Assembly: GCF_004010195.1 (NCBI RefSeq)
Contig: NC_057738.1
Location: 26,203,063-26,267,062, forward strand
Origin: Chiloscyllium plagiosum
Lineage: Eukaryota
Direction of reading: 5' to 3'
Length of the DNA stretch: 64,000 bases
Under the pieces are notes generated by a model. That model was given only the letters and a program-made list of their open reading frames with translations, was not told where the DNA came from and did not search any database. The translations under genes and the position numbers were made by a program. Shown here one piece after another: positions 47,470-60,410 of the stretch. The stretch's first letter is position 1; each line of letters starts with the position of its first letter.

Positions 47470-49419
47470 AGCACCATCCTCATGACCTGTCCTACCTGCC
47501 AATCTTCCTTCCCACCTCTCCGCTCCACCCTCCTCTCTGACCTATCACCTTCATCCCAGCTCCATCCACCTATCGTACTCTTGGCTACCTTCTCCCCAGC
47601 CCCACCCTCCACCCATTTATCTCTGCACCCCAGAGGCTCCCTGCTTTCATTCCTGCTGAAGGACTTTTGCCCAAAGCGTCAATTTTCCTGCTCCTCGGAT
47701 GCTGCCTGACCTGCTATGCTTTTCCAGCACCACTCTAATCTAGACTACCATTAAAGGGATGTTTAAAGGTTTACCAACATGGAAAGGCTGAGCATGTAAT
47801 TCCCTGCCACAGTAGCAGCCAATGGGACTGTTGTAATTAACTGGTGCACAATGAGGGAGAAAATGGCTGCGACTCCAGCTGGTGTGGGTGAGGTAAGTGC
47901 TTTATTCTGAGAACATGGGGGCTTCAAGTTTAAGGAATGCAAAGCCCTTCAAAGGATAACACCTGTCTATTGACCAAATCCTTGACCTAAGCATTCTTGA
48001 TCGTATCATGCAAGTGGGACTTGAACTTGATCCAGGAATAGGGACATTACTGCTGTGCCACAAGTGGGCCTTTCCTAACAATTAAAATGGAGGCCACCTG
48101 CTTCCTTCTAGGATTTCCCAATTCCTAGGGTTTATGTTTTTGTGTGTTTGATATCTAAGACCAGTACCTCCTTTGTAGATATTCCATAGTGGTTTATCAC
48201 CCACCACTAATACCTAAGTAGGCTTAAGATAGAACAAAGCCAAAGGTCAATGGTGATAGTAAACTACCTCAGGCAAGCCTTATCTATACGATAAAAATAG
48301 AAAACAGCATTGGGTGCCAGTAATGACCATCAGGCAAAATATATATCCGTCCCATCATAAACTTTGCCTTTTGTTCTTTATTTTCCTCCTCCACCCTCTT
48401 TTCCTCCCTTAGTACTTGGGTGGAGGCCCATGAGTCTGAAGTGTTAACTCTGTTTCTCTCTTGAAGGATGCTGTCAGATCTACTGCGTACTTATAGCGTT
48501 TCATTTTTTTATGTATTATATCTTTGGAATTCCTGGCCCATGGCATTAACTATCCGATTGAAACCCCGTTATCATAATATTCTGATTGAGATAAATAGTC
48601 GGTTTGCATTATTGATCTTTGCAGCCTCTAGCAGGGTGCATGTTTTGAGAGAAGGCTGGTTTTAAGTGGCAATAGTTGGAGGATATCTGCGGTAGCTACA
48701 TCATTGGTATTCAGGAAAGCCTCTACTTTGAAGCCTTACATCAAAAATGAAAGCATTCATGCACTGGTAGAAGGATCATAACTTTAATCTACAAGAGTAT
48801 AATTCACTAGCAATTTTGACATTTTTCCAAATACCCTAGATATCTCATAGTTCACCGCCTGATTTGCTGCATATTGATCTTCTCTCTGTCCTTTGATGCT
48901 TCAATGAATGTCCCATTTCTTTCCATTTGTCAAATGCTTCAACTCTTGAAGGAGTCTCACAAGTCTAAACAACAGCAATCACTTCTTGCCTTCGGTGCCT
49001 TTCCAGATGCAGGTGGAGTTTATGCATCAGTCTTTCAGTCAGACATGTCTCACAAGTGATTTTTGGGGAAAAGTGAATAACACTGACTGGTACTCCAACC
49101 GTAGTACTTTGACTTTGATTTCAAATGGCACTGTCACTTTCTTTCTGTTACCTTCAAGAAGTTTAGTTTCCTTTATCACTCCTAATGCTTACCTTTGTAC
49201 ATCCCTAACCTTCAGAATTTCTTCACTTTCAAGAAATCCAAATCCATTCAAAATATAAACCTGGATCTCACATCAGGTAGAACTCTTCTTGTAGCTCTCC
49301 GACACTCTTGGGTAGAATAACAGTCTCTAAGCTAATGGGTGATGTGCCTCTCACATCCAGACATACCTCCAAACCTTTTAATTCTTTTCTGTGTTGCCTC
49401 ATATTTTTTTCAAGAACAA

Positions 49420-49762
49420 ATTATTCCATGAGTATGAGCTTTGTTGCCATTTAGTCAAAACTTCAATGTGCACCACCAATTTCCCTTCGCCTAGAGGCTA
49501 GTTAGAAAATAACCACATTGCCATGTAAGGATGACAGGCCTTTTTCCCAAAAGGCCATTCTTGAACTAGTTCTTAGAACAATTTATATTGGTTCCATGGT
49601 TGTGAACACTAAAACTAGCTTTTAAGTCCAGATTTATTAGATAAATGCAAAATCCACTGGATGTCACTGTGGGATTTGAGCCAATATCCTCAGAACATTG
49701 GCCAGAGTCTCTAAATTTCAACTGGCATTAGCCACATCACTGCCTTTATCATCACCTCCCCC
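49420..49762 (-). mobile_element. tRNA-derived SINE (L2-tailed family), degraded
   Basis: Similar to 10645-10990; ends CATCACCTCCCC. Confidence 0.65.
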
Positions 49763-50379
49763 GTGTCATTATGCCACTGAAACTTCAGCTCTTCTTACAA
49801 CTACACTTCAAGTTTGTCATCTGAGGCGCTTATCTTCCTTATTGGAACCTTGCTGTGTTGAAATCAATGCAGCCTGAATTGACTCTTCACACAAAATTCA
49901 TTCAACATCATTTGCTTCCTGCGATGGGCCCTTACCCCTACATTTCAGTGGTTCAACAAAGCATGCACTGACAAATCAGGGATTAGGTTTGAATTTGCGG
50001 CATGTTGTGTTAATGTTTTTCCAGCCTTTCATGAGAAGATGGGGGTCACCTTTTCCTCTGCAGCCTGACATTTTTCTTTCTTGTTACTGCAATTCCCATT
50101 GCACCCCCTCCCCACTACTACCACCCCTCCACTCGTCAGTAAACGCTACTTAACAGCATTCTAGAAAGATTCAGCGCGGATTTGATTGAGGATATGAGGG
50201 ATAAGAAGTTGGACTTACAGACTGGAGAAGTGGAAATCATTCTTGTTAGAGAAGAGAAGGCTAAGGGAACTTTAGGAGATATATTTAAAATTATTTTGGT
50301 GGAGGAAATAACGAGATACGGTTCCACTGCTGGAAGAGCTGCTAAGAAGAGGGTGAAAATTGAAGGTAACATAGAACCA

Positions 50380-50940
50380 TTGCATAATTTATGACACAGA
50401 AGGAGGCCAATTGGTCCATTGTATCCATTCTGCTGCAAGAAACTGTCGGTCTAATCATAGCTTTCAGTTCTTAATCTATAGCTCTGTTGATTAAGCATCT
50501 TAATTACATATTATATTGTTTCTTTAATGCAATGAGTGTCGCTGTCACAATCACAAGTTTGAACCCAACCTCTTGGTGAAGAAACATTTTCCCTCAACTT
50601 CCCTCCAATCTTTCCACTAGTTATTTCAAATCTAAAGTATTGATTACTAATGTATCTGCTAAGGAGAATCAATTCTTCAGATCCACTCTATCAAGGCCCC
50701 ACTTAATTTGATACATCTCAATTAAATCTACCCTCAGCGTCTTTTGTTCCAAAAAAAGCAATCTTTCTGCATTCCTTCAATCTTCTCACAATCTTCTTTT
50801 GCAGCTCTTCTAGTGTGATGACATCCTTGCTGTAATGCTGTGACCAGAACTGTGCACAACAACCTGTGTTATACACTAATAGCATAACCTCATAACCTGT
50901 TATACTTTAAGCATCAGCTTAGAGAGGGATATGGGATTTG
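50380..50940 (-). mobile_element. Old CR1 3' fragment
   Basis: ATCCACTCTATCAAGGCCCC..ATCTCAATTAAATC; GACCAGAACTGTGCACA (reverse complement CVQFW). Confidence 0.65.
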
Positions 50941-51394
50941 AGCTGTCTATCGGATCAGGCCAGGATAATTGATCTACCTGAGGCTGTGTGCTAGGTTCCA
51001 AATTGAATTGGATGCTCTCAGAGTATTAGCATGCAGGTCTAGAAACGAGTCCATAGCATACTTGAACAATATTACTGAGCAATGTTTCCTCTGTGCAGCA
51101 TGACCGTGCATCAACCCTAAATCAACATAAATCAACCCCTTTAATTAACTGCATATCTTGTTGTTATCCAATTTTTATTACCATAGGACAGGTCAGATCC
51201 TAGATTGAAACCTGGCTTGAAGGAACATATCATTTTTAATTTATTTAATACAATGATCTTTCACTGAAACTTAAGTATGCAATGCTGGGTTATTTACAAA
51301 GCCATGTTTAACTATTTTTAGCTTTTAGTCACTCCTTCAGGTTTGTAACCAAACAACTCCGGCCTTGAATTTTCAAATTAAAACCATTACACTG

Positions 51395-51690
51395 AGGGTG
51401 GTACAGTGGTCAACACTGCTGCCTCACAGCACTAGGGACCTATTTTGATGACTGTGTGGAATTTGCAAATTTTTCCCATGTCTGCACTGGTTACTTTCCA
51501 CAGTCTGAGGATGTTCAGGTTAGGTGGGTTGGCTATGCTAAATCCCCCTGTGATATTCAGGGAAGTGCAGGCTAGCTGGATTAGCCATGGTAATTGCAGG
51601 GTTACAGGGATAGTGTTGGGAGGCTCTTCTGAGGGTCAGTGCAACTTGTGAGACTGAATGGCCTCTTTCTGCGCTGTGGGGATTCTATGA
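51395..51690 (+). mobile_element. HE1/V-SINE, degraded
   Basis: CACTGCTGCCTCACAGCACTAGGGACC; GGCTATGCTAAAT; GGGATTCTATG tail. Confidence 0.85.
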
Positions 51691-52127
51691 GGTAAATTAT
51701 CTTCTAACTGTTCTGAACTAACTCCTTTCCCTAGGAGAAATTGTGCTTAAATGTAAAACGAGTCATATTTTCTTTGAACACATTCTAATCAATGAGTTTT
51801 TCTTGAGCAAAATATTAATTCTAAATTCTTCTAAATCAAAAGTAAGCAAATGCCTTTCAATGTTCACTCTCTCAGATCATAAAACTCTCACTATACAAAC
51901 AGACTGGATTATCACTCCAAGAACATGCCAGTAACCTATTCTCTGACATTGGCTTAAAATCATAGCCTAGAAAGGCTGACAACTTAATTATTGTCCCTTC
52001 ATATACAATAAACAAAGCTCACATGTAACTAGTTCAAAACCCAAATGCTAAAATAAATGATATTAATGTATATAAATCACACAACATATGTCACAATGTA
52101 TAGCTATGCAAAATAATTTTATAATAT

Positions 52128-52349
52128 GGGGAAATGATGGCCTAGTGGTATTATCACTGCACTGAAAATCTTAAAACCCAGATAATGTTCTAGGGACCCA
52201 GGTTCAAATCCTAGAAAGGCAGAGAGTGAAATTTGAATTCAATTAAAAACACGGAATTAAGAATCTAATGATGACCATGAATCCATTGTTAATTGTTGGA
52301 AAAACCAATCTGATTCACTGCCAGCCTTATCTTGTCTGACTCCACAGTC
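52128..52349 (+). mobile_element. tRNA-derived SINE 5' half (3' half at 56895-56985)
   Basis: GGGGAAATGATGGCCTAGTGG A-box and GGTTCAAATCC B-box. Confidence 0.85.
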
Positions 52350-52697
52350 CATCTGGATGTAGGTTTGCTCACTGAGCTAGGTTTGTTTCAGATGTTTCAT
52401 CGCCATACTAGGTAACATCTTCCATGAGCCTCTGAAGGAAGCACTCATGGTGTAGCCCACTTTCTATTTATATGTTTGAGCTTTCTAGGGTTGGTGATGT
52501 CATTTCCTGTGGTTACATCATTTCCTGTTCTTTTTATCAGAGTCTGGTAAATGGTATCCAAGTCAATGTTTTTGCTGATAGGGTTCCGGTTGGAATGATA
52601 TGCTTCTAGGAATTCTCGTGCATGTCTCTGTTTGGCTTGTTCTAGGATGGTTGTGTTGTTCCAATCAAAGTGGTGTTCTTCCTCATCCATATGTCAT
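52350..52697 (-). mobile_element. Penelope-like element 3' end (third family)
   Basis: Minus ORF HHFDWNNTTILEQAKQRHAREFLEAYHS (GIY-YIG); degenerate hammerhead GAAGATGTTACCTAGTATGGCGATGAAAC. Confidence 0.85.
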
Positions 52698-52912
52698 TGT
52701 CGAGAATGTGGTGCTGGAAAAGCACAGCAGGTCAGGCAGTATCCGAGGAGCCAGGAAGTTGATGTTTCAAGCAAAAGCACTTCATCAGGTATCCTGATGA
52801 AGGGCATTTGCCCAAAGCATTGACTCTCCTGCTCCTCGGATGCTGTCTGACCTGCTGTGCTTTTCCAACACCACACTCTCGGCTCTAATCTCTAACATCT
52901 GCAGTCCTCCTT
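52698..52912. mobile_element. Penelope-terminus inverted-repeat insertion
   Basis: CTTCATCAGG-TAT-CCTGATGAAG centre with flanking inverted arms. Confidence 0.85.
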
Positions 52913-52929
52913 TCCACAGTCAATGAAAA

Positions 52930-55900
52930 TTTTCTGGCTGTAACAGCTGCTCCTTTTTTGAAGTATTTTAGGTGCTGGAGGTGATTTCCTCGAATTCCAG
53001 GAGCAGCAATTACTGTTTCATATGCTGTTGCATTGTCTTGGAACTTTGGAAAAAAAAGTCAAAACAACATCAGTTTTGAAAGGGAGAAGAACAGACAAAG
53101 GAAGAGTAACAAAAAGATGGGGTACTGGGCTAATGGTCGGATACTTGGTAGTGTGGATGATCAGAGGGATCTTGGTGTCCATGTACACAGATCTTTAAAA
53201 GTTGCCACCCAGGTAAATAGTGCGGTGAAGTAGGCATATGGCGTACTGGCTTTTATTGGTAGAGGAATTGAGTTCCGGAGTCATGAGGTGATGTTGCAGT
53301 TGTATAAGACTCTGGTGCGGCCGCATCTGGAGTATTGTGTGCAGTTTTGGTCGCCATACTATAGGAAGGATGTGGAGGCACTGGAACGGGTGCAGAGGAG
53401 GTTTACCAGGATGTTGCCTGGTATGGTAGAAAGATCTTATGAGGAAAGGCTGAGGCACTTGGGGTTGTTTTCATTGGAGAAAGGAAGGTTTAGGGGTGAC
53501 TTGATAGAGGTGTACAAGATGATTAGGGGTTTAGATAGGGTCGACAGTGAGAATCTTTTTCCACGTATGGAGTCAGCTATTACAAGGGGGCATAGCTTTA
53601 AATTAAGGAGGGGTAGGTATAGGCCAAATGTTAGGGGTAGGTTCTTTACTCAGCGAGTCGTAAGTTCATGGAATGCCCTGTCAGTAGCAGTGGTGGACTC
53701 TCCCTCATTATGGGCATTTAAGCGGGCATTGGATAGGCATATGGAGGATAGTGGGCTAGTGTAGGTTAGGTGGGCTTGGATCGGCGCAACATCGAGGGCC
53801 GAAGGGCCTGTACTGCGCTGTATTCTTCTATGTTCTATGTAAGCACATGGTGAGGTCAGTGCAGGAGAGAGAGGGAGAGAACCTGCACAGTTACTTCTTT
53901 TGATGTTTTGAATTCATGTATCACTGGACATTGGAGTCCGTCTGGGAAAATTAACAAACAGTGAAATTCACAACTAATCTTGGAGGAAACTGTTTGGGCG
54001 AAGTTCACAGCACAGAACCAGATAAGAGAAGCATTGTTTTAAGTGTGTCCAACAGAAAGGCTGCAGTAGTGAGTAGAGTGGGTTCTTTCTTAATTATATG
54101 TTTTTGGAGATATGTCTCTTGATTAAACTTAAAATATAAGTCATAACTATTAATTTAACCTGGGGCGGTGTTTTGTATAGGAATAAGATGGCGTTATTTT
54201 CTGGGTCTGTAAATTGTGAAGGAGCGAAAATGGCCTTTAGTACAGTGATATATACTTCTTGTCAGATGTGGGAGTTTAAAGAGAGTTTAAGGGTTTCTGC
54301 GGATTATATCTGCCATAAATGCTGTTGGATAACAATTTTATCAGATCAAATGGATCAGTTGGAGAGACAGATAGAAACAATGAAGAGTTTGTAACAGCAA
54401 CAGTATGTGATAGATGGCAGTTATAGGAAGGGGGGAAAGTCTCAGATACAGTCACATATATGGGTTAACTCCAAGAAAGGTAAGAGATGTAGGCAGTTAG
54501 TGCAGGACGCTTTTGTGGATATACCCATTTCAAACAGGTATGCTGTTTTCGAAAATGTAGGAGGTGATGGATTCTCAGGGGAACGTAGCAAAAACAGCCA
54601 GGTTTCTGGTATTGAGACTGGCTCTAATGCAATGTGGGGTACATCGGCTTCCAAGAGATCAATTGTGTTAGGGGATTCTGTAGTCAGAGGTACAGACAGA
54701 CGTTGCTGTGGCCAGCAGAGAAAAAGCAAAATGATGTGTTGCTGCCCTGGTGCCAGAATCGAGGATGTCTCAGAGAGGGTTCTCACGGGGAATAGGGGCC
54801 AGCAAGAGGTCATTGTCCACATTGGAACCAATGATATAGGAAGGGTAAAGGTTGAGATTCTGAGGGAAATTACAGAGAATTAGGCAGAAATTTAAAAAGG
54901 AGGTCCTCGAGAGTAGTAATATCTGGATTACTCCCAGTGCTACGAGCTAGTGAGGGCAGGAATAGGAGGATAGAGCAGATGAATGCATGGCTGAGGAGCT
55001 GATGTATGGGAGAAGGATTCACATTTTTGGATCATTGGAATCTCTTTTAGGATAGAAGTGACCTGTACAAGAAAGACAGATTGCACCTAAATTGGAAAGG
55101 GACTAATATACTGGCAGGGAAATTTGCGAGAACTGCTCGGGAGGATTTAAACTAGTAAGGTGGTGGGGGGGATCTCAGGGAGATGGTGAGGAAAGAGATC
55201 AATCTGAGACTGGTACAGTTGAGAATAGAAGAGAGTCAAACAGTCAGGGCAAGCAGGGACAAGGTAGGACTAATAAATTAAACTGCATTTATTTCAATGC
55301 AAGGGGCCTAACAGGGAAGGCAGATGAACTCGGGGCATGGTTAGGAACATAGGACTGGGACATCATAGCAATTACAGAAATATGGCTCAGGGATAGGCAG
55401 GACTGGCAGCTTAATGTTCCAGGATATAAATGTTACAGGAAGGATAGAAAGGGAGTCAATAGAGGTGGGGGAATGGCATTTTTGATGAGGGATAGCATTA
55501 CAGCTGTGCTGAGGGAGGATATTCCCGGAAATACATCCAGGGAAGTTATTTGGGTGGAACTGAGAAATAAGAAAGGGCTGATCACCTTATTGGGATTTTA
55601 TCATACACACCCTAATAGTCAGAGGGAAATTGAGAAACAAACTTGTAAGGAGATCTCAGCTATCTGTAAGAATAATAGGGTAGTTATGGTAGGGGATTTT
55701 AACTTTCCAAACATTGACTGGGACTGCCATAGTGTTAAAGGTTTAGATGGAGAGGAATTTGTTAAGTGTGTACAAGACAATTTTCTGAATCAGTATCTGG
55801 ATGTACCTACTAGAGAAGGTGCAAAACTTGGCCTACTCTTAGGAAATAAGGCAAGGCAGGTGACTGAGGTGTCAGTGGAGGAGCACTTTGGGGCCAGCGA

Positions 55901-56898
55901 CCGTAATTCTATTAGTTTTAAAATTGTGATGGAAAAGAATAGACCAGATCTAAAAGTTGATGTTCTAAATTGGAGAAGCGGTAGATGTGATCTATATGGA
56001 CTTCAGTAAGGCGTTCAACAAAGTTCCCCATGGGAGACTGATTAGCAAGGTTAGATCTCATGGAATACAGGGAGAACTAGCCATTTGGATACAGAACTGG
56101 CTCAAAGGTAGAAGACAGAGGGTAGTGGTAAGGGTTGTTTTTCAGACTGGAGGCCTGTGACTAGTGGAGTGCCACAAGGATCGGTGCTGGGTCCTTTACT
56201 TGTTGTCATTTACATATATGATTTGGATGCGAGTATTAGAGGTACAATTAGTAAGTTTGCAGATGACACCAAAATTGGAGGTGTAGTGGACAGCAAAGAG
56301 GACAACAGGATCTGGACCAGATAGGCCAATGAGCGGAGAAGTGGCAGATGGAGTTTAATTCAGATAAATGTGAGGTGTTGCATTTTGGGAAAGCAAATCT
56401 TAGCAGGACCTATACACTTAATGGTAAGGTCCTGGGGAGTGTTGCTGAACAAAGAGACTTTGGAGTGCAGGTTCATGGCTCCTTGAAAGTGGAGTCGCAG
56501 GTAGGAGGCTGACAGGTGACCTTATGGAGGTTTACAAAATTATGAGGGGCATGGATAGGATAAATAGACAAAGTCTTTTTCCTGGGGTGGGGGAGTCCAC
56601 AACTAGAGGGCATAGGTTTAGGGTGAGAGAGGAAAGATATAAAAGAGACCTAAGGGGCAACCTTTTCACACAGAGGGTGGTACGGGTATGGAATGAGCTG
56701 CCAGAGGAAATGGTGGAAGTGGTACAACTGCAACATTTAAGAGGCATTTGGATGGGTATATGAGTAGGAAGGGTTTGGAGGGATATCGGCTGGGTGCTGG
56801 CTGGTGGGACTAGATTGGGATGGGATATCTGGTCGGCATAGACGAGTTGGACCGAAGGGTCTGTTTCCATGCTGCACATCTCTAGGACTCTATGACTC
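52930..56898 (+). mobile_element. Long CR1 LINE with 5' UTR, ORF1 (zinc finger plus SGNH esterase), APE and RT; two internal deletions
   Basis: ORF1 from ~54230 (SCQMWE..CHKC; LGDSVVRG; PGARIEDV; HIGTNDIG; LHLN); APE FNARGL, GDFNFPNIDW, SDRN; jump at ~55977 to MDFSKAF; KFADDTK; jump at ~56505; (CTCTATGA)n tail. Confidence 0.92.
53103..53840 (+). mobile_element. Young CR1 nested in the 5' UTR of the long CR1
   Basis: Nearly identical to the reverse complement of 31091-31840 (KMGYWANGRILGSVD..MEDSGLV); TATGTTCTATG tail. Confidence 0.95.
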
Positions 56899-56985
56899 TA
56901 TAACTGCTCCCTGGGCATTTAGGGATGGACAATATATACTGCCCGAGTCAGAGATGCCCACATACCTTGAATGAATTTTAAAAAT
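56895..56985 (+). mobile_element. 3' half of the SINE starting at 52128
   Basis: AACTGCTCCCTGGGCATTTAGGGATGGAC...ATGCCCACATACCTTGAATGAAT L2-type tail. Confidence 0.75.
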
Positions 56986-57068
56986 GTTTCCTCGATTTAA
57001 ATGTATTGGCTATTTTGTTGTATATGCCAACTTGATCAGTTTCAGTGCTGAACATTCAGTGATACATG

Positions 57069-57164
57069 ATGAATTCCTGATGAAGGGCTTTTGCCTGAGA
57101 AGTCGATTCTCCTGCTCCTCGGATGCTGCCTTACCTGCTGTGCATTTCCAGCACCACACTCTTG
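57069..57164 (+). mobile_element. Penelope terminal fragment
   Basis: CCTGATGAAGGGCTTTTGCC; TSD ATTCA(G/A)TGATACATG at 57054-57068 and 57165-57179. Confidence 0.85.
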
Positions 57165-57629
57165 ATTCAATGATACATGTATGTGTGCTCTAAGCTGCCT
57201 CTTTCCTCTCCACATCTTAGGATCCTACCATTTATTACATATTCCTTTATTTTGTTGGTCCTCCTGAAATGTGTTACCTCATGCCTCTGCAAATTCAATT
57301 CACTTTGCAAATTTCCAATCCACTTGAACACTCCACGGATGTCTTCCTCCAGTCCATGATTTTTTTGCACCAGCAAGGTGAGGAATGACAACCCTGTCAA
57401 TACTAAGATTGTCACTTGCTGCTTCCAAACCAATAGTGCATTTGGCGGTGACTGTTTGTAGGTCTAACATCTGCTTGCTGCAGTGTGAATGCTCCTGTTG
57501 TGTTGCACACTTCAAACCAGATGGCCTTTTGATGCTCCCTTCCATTCTCACAGCTATGAATGTTTTGTTTTTAATCAATATTACAACACTACTCTTCCCA
57601 ACCCCCCATCTGTTTTTATTCTATTTGGG

Positions 57630-57905
57630 GAATCCAAAGCTAGAGGGCATGGGTTTAAAGTGACAAGGGAAAGATTTAAGAGAGACCTGAGAGGGCAACC
57701 TTTTCATGCAGAGGGAGATGTAAGTACGGAAGATGCTGCCAGAGGAAGTAGTAGAGGTGAGTACAATTACAACAGTTAAAAAGCATTGGATAGGTACACG
57801 AATAGGAAGGGTTTAGAGGGATATGGGCCAATTGCTGCCAAATGAGACTAGATTAATTTAGCATGGACGAGTTGGACTGAAGAGTCTGTTTCCCTGCTGT
57901 ACAAC
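57630..57905 (+). mobile_element. CR1 3' end
   Basis: SKARGHGFKVTRERFKRDLRG. Confidence 0.85.
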
Positions 57906-59169
57906 TTTAACTCGAGCCCTGCAAGCAGTAATTCTGAGCTGTCATTCCTGTCCTTTAATTGGCAGAAAATCCAGAGGGAAGATGAGAAGAATCATCCGCT
58001 TCACAATACGTTGCTGAGATCTGTAACATATTCCCTGAAAACATTTTGGAAGCAGCTTCAATTGGAATTTTCAAAAAGGATCTGCATAAATACTTGAAAA
58101 AGATTAAATTGCAAAGCTATGGGGAAACTGCAGGGAAGTAGGCCTAATTGGACAGCTTTTTCAAAGAATATTGTAATGTGGTGAATGACTTCTCCATGTG
58201 CTGTGTCTTTTTCTGATTTATACTTTATGGTATCATCATATTTATTTTCTGCAGCACCTTGTTTGTATCAATATTAATTTCCATCTGCCATTCATCTACT
58301 CAGCTGGTTACTGTCCCCAGATTCTTTTAAGTGACATTAATCTCTTTGAGATATCCTGCTTTTTCACATAATTTTATATTTTCCACAAACGTCGTAAAGT
58401 TATTCAGATTATCTTTGTCAAGGTCACCAATGCATATAATGTTTAGCAGGAGTTCAAGGACTGGTCTCTTGGGAACTCAACCAATCACAGCTGCCCAATT
58501 AGAACTATTAGTGATGATGACTACTCACTGGTTCCTATTATCTTGTCAATTAATAATCTAATTTATAGCTTTGTCTTGAAATCATTTGTGTTTCAGTTTC
58601 ATCACAAGATTCTGTTGAAGGACTTGATCAAATACTTTGGAGGTCAGGATATGAAACATTCATTGAATTGCTCTCATCCCTTGGCTCTGGCAGGCATTCA
58701 ACAAAAAATAAATAATATATTTTTAGGTGTTTTTGCCTTTCAGAATCCCCGATAGATGTTTCAGAATTGCTTCTGATAAAATAAACTGTGTTTGCTCCAG
58801 TTCAGAAATCAGTGAAGCAGTGCCATTTTTCCAACACGTCTTGCTTTTAGTCCTACCTTTGAAACTATTCATTGCAGGTCACTAATATTTACTCAGCATC
58901 ATCCTGGGATGCTGCGATGTAAAGTAAGAACTGTGTTTGTGACGCTGATATAGCACACATCTCAAGCTGAAACATCTTGACTATTCAAACATATGTGAAT
59001 GCTGATGTTAACACTACTCCTTGCAAGTGAATATCCCATTTTCAATGTGAAATAAAGTGATAATTTTGGAGAGTAGAGAAGTTGGGAAATGATTAAACCT
59101 ACCAGTAAAAGTTAAAACATGCATATTACACTTCGGATGTCTTCCTTATCCCTCCTTATTTGTACACCG

Positions 59170-59860
59170 TCTCTTCAGATCGAGGATGACTTTCTTCCGT
59201 TCTGATGTTGTGGTCCTGAGCTATCTGAATAGTCTAATACCAGATCTACAAACACTGCCATGACTGTGGATTCGCACCATCTGTAGCTTGCATTTGATCT
59301 TCATCTAGCCCCTGCATTTTTCAGGGAGCCATTGAGGATACCCCTTGAACCATTTCCACTGTCCCCATGACAACTGATCGATGTGGCAAAGCTTGGAGAT
59401 TGGAGGTTGTTTTGGAAGTTTTGTGTCAGATATGAGGCCGATGTGGTCCATCCAACAGAATTGATTGATTGTAATCAGCGTCCCAATACTGGCAATATTG
59501 GCCCGAAAGACACCGCTGTATTGGAGCCTATTTCTTGTCAGTGAATTTGCAGGATCTTGTGGAGGTACTGCTGGTGATATATCTCAGGGGACTCGAGATG
59601 AGTGCTGTATGTTGTCCATGTCTCCATACATACAGTAGAACAGAAAACACGGCTGCCTGTAGACCGAGTTTGTTGCCTGTGGTCATCAAACACACTGTTT
59701 CTCAGACGGCTATAAGTTTCACAGGCACACTGGAGGCGAGGTGGACTTTCACCATCAATGTCTGCCTGAGATGAGAGCAGGCTTCCAAGGTGTGGGAAGA
59801 GATCCATATTATCCAGTAGTTTTCTGTGGCTGATAGTCAGGGGGCACTGTTTTGTGGTGG
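59170..59860 (-). mobile_element. RTE-clade LINE 3' remnant
   Basis: Minus ORF FPHLGSLLSSQADIDGE..METWTTY..HQQYLHKILQIH. Confidence 0.8.
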
Positions 59861-59884
59861 GAGCAGGTGGCTGGATGACCTGTC

Positions 59885-60100
59885 TTTCTGATGGCATCAA
59901 TCACCAGTTTCCCCACACTCCACCTTACCCCAGTTCCAGCCTTGCAGCTCAGCACTGTCCTCATGACCTGTTCCACCTGTCGATCTTCCTTCCCATTGAT
60001 CCGCTCCACCTCACCCCCACCTCCATCCACCTATTGTATTCTCAGCTGCCTTCCCCCCAGCCCCACCCCCCTTCCCATTTATCTCTCCACACCTGAGGCT
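59885..60100 (+). mobile_element. Penelope-like 3' UTR fragment
   Basis: GGCATCAA..CTCAGCACTGTCCTCATGACCTG, homologous to 2390-2640. Confidence 0.8.
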
Positions 60101-60192
60101 CTAGGTTCATGTTGGAGAATCATTATGCTGTCTTCCCCTTCTCCCACATCATGTGCAAACATCCTTGACCGAGCAGCGCACATCAGAATGGG

Positions 60193-60410
60193 CAGAAGTG
60201 GGTACTGTAGATGCTGGAGATCAGAGTCAAGATTAGAGTGGTGGTGGAAAAGCACAGCAGGTCAGGCAGCATCCGAACATTCCTGATGAAGGACTTTTGC
60301 CCGAGATGTCGATTTTCCTGCTCCTCGGATGCTGCCTGACCTGCTGTGCTTTTCCAGAACTACTCTAATCTTGACTCTAATCTCCAGCATCTACAGTACC
60401 CACTTTCACG
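60193..60410. mobile_element. Penelope-terminus inverted-repeat insertion
   Basis: AAGTGGGTACTGTAGATGCTGGAG...CTCCAGCATCTACAGTACCCACTT arms; CCTGATGAAGGACTTTTGCCCGAG core. Confidence 0.88.

Larger units (their letters stand above)
47066..47745 (+). mobile_element. Penelope-like 3' part interrupted by a V-SINE and an assembly gap
   Basis: Homologous to 2235-2745; ends CCTGCTGAAGGACTTTTGCCCAAAGCGTC...CCAGCACCACTCTAATCTAGA. Confidence 0.85.
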
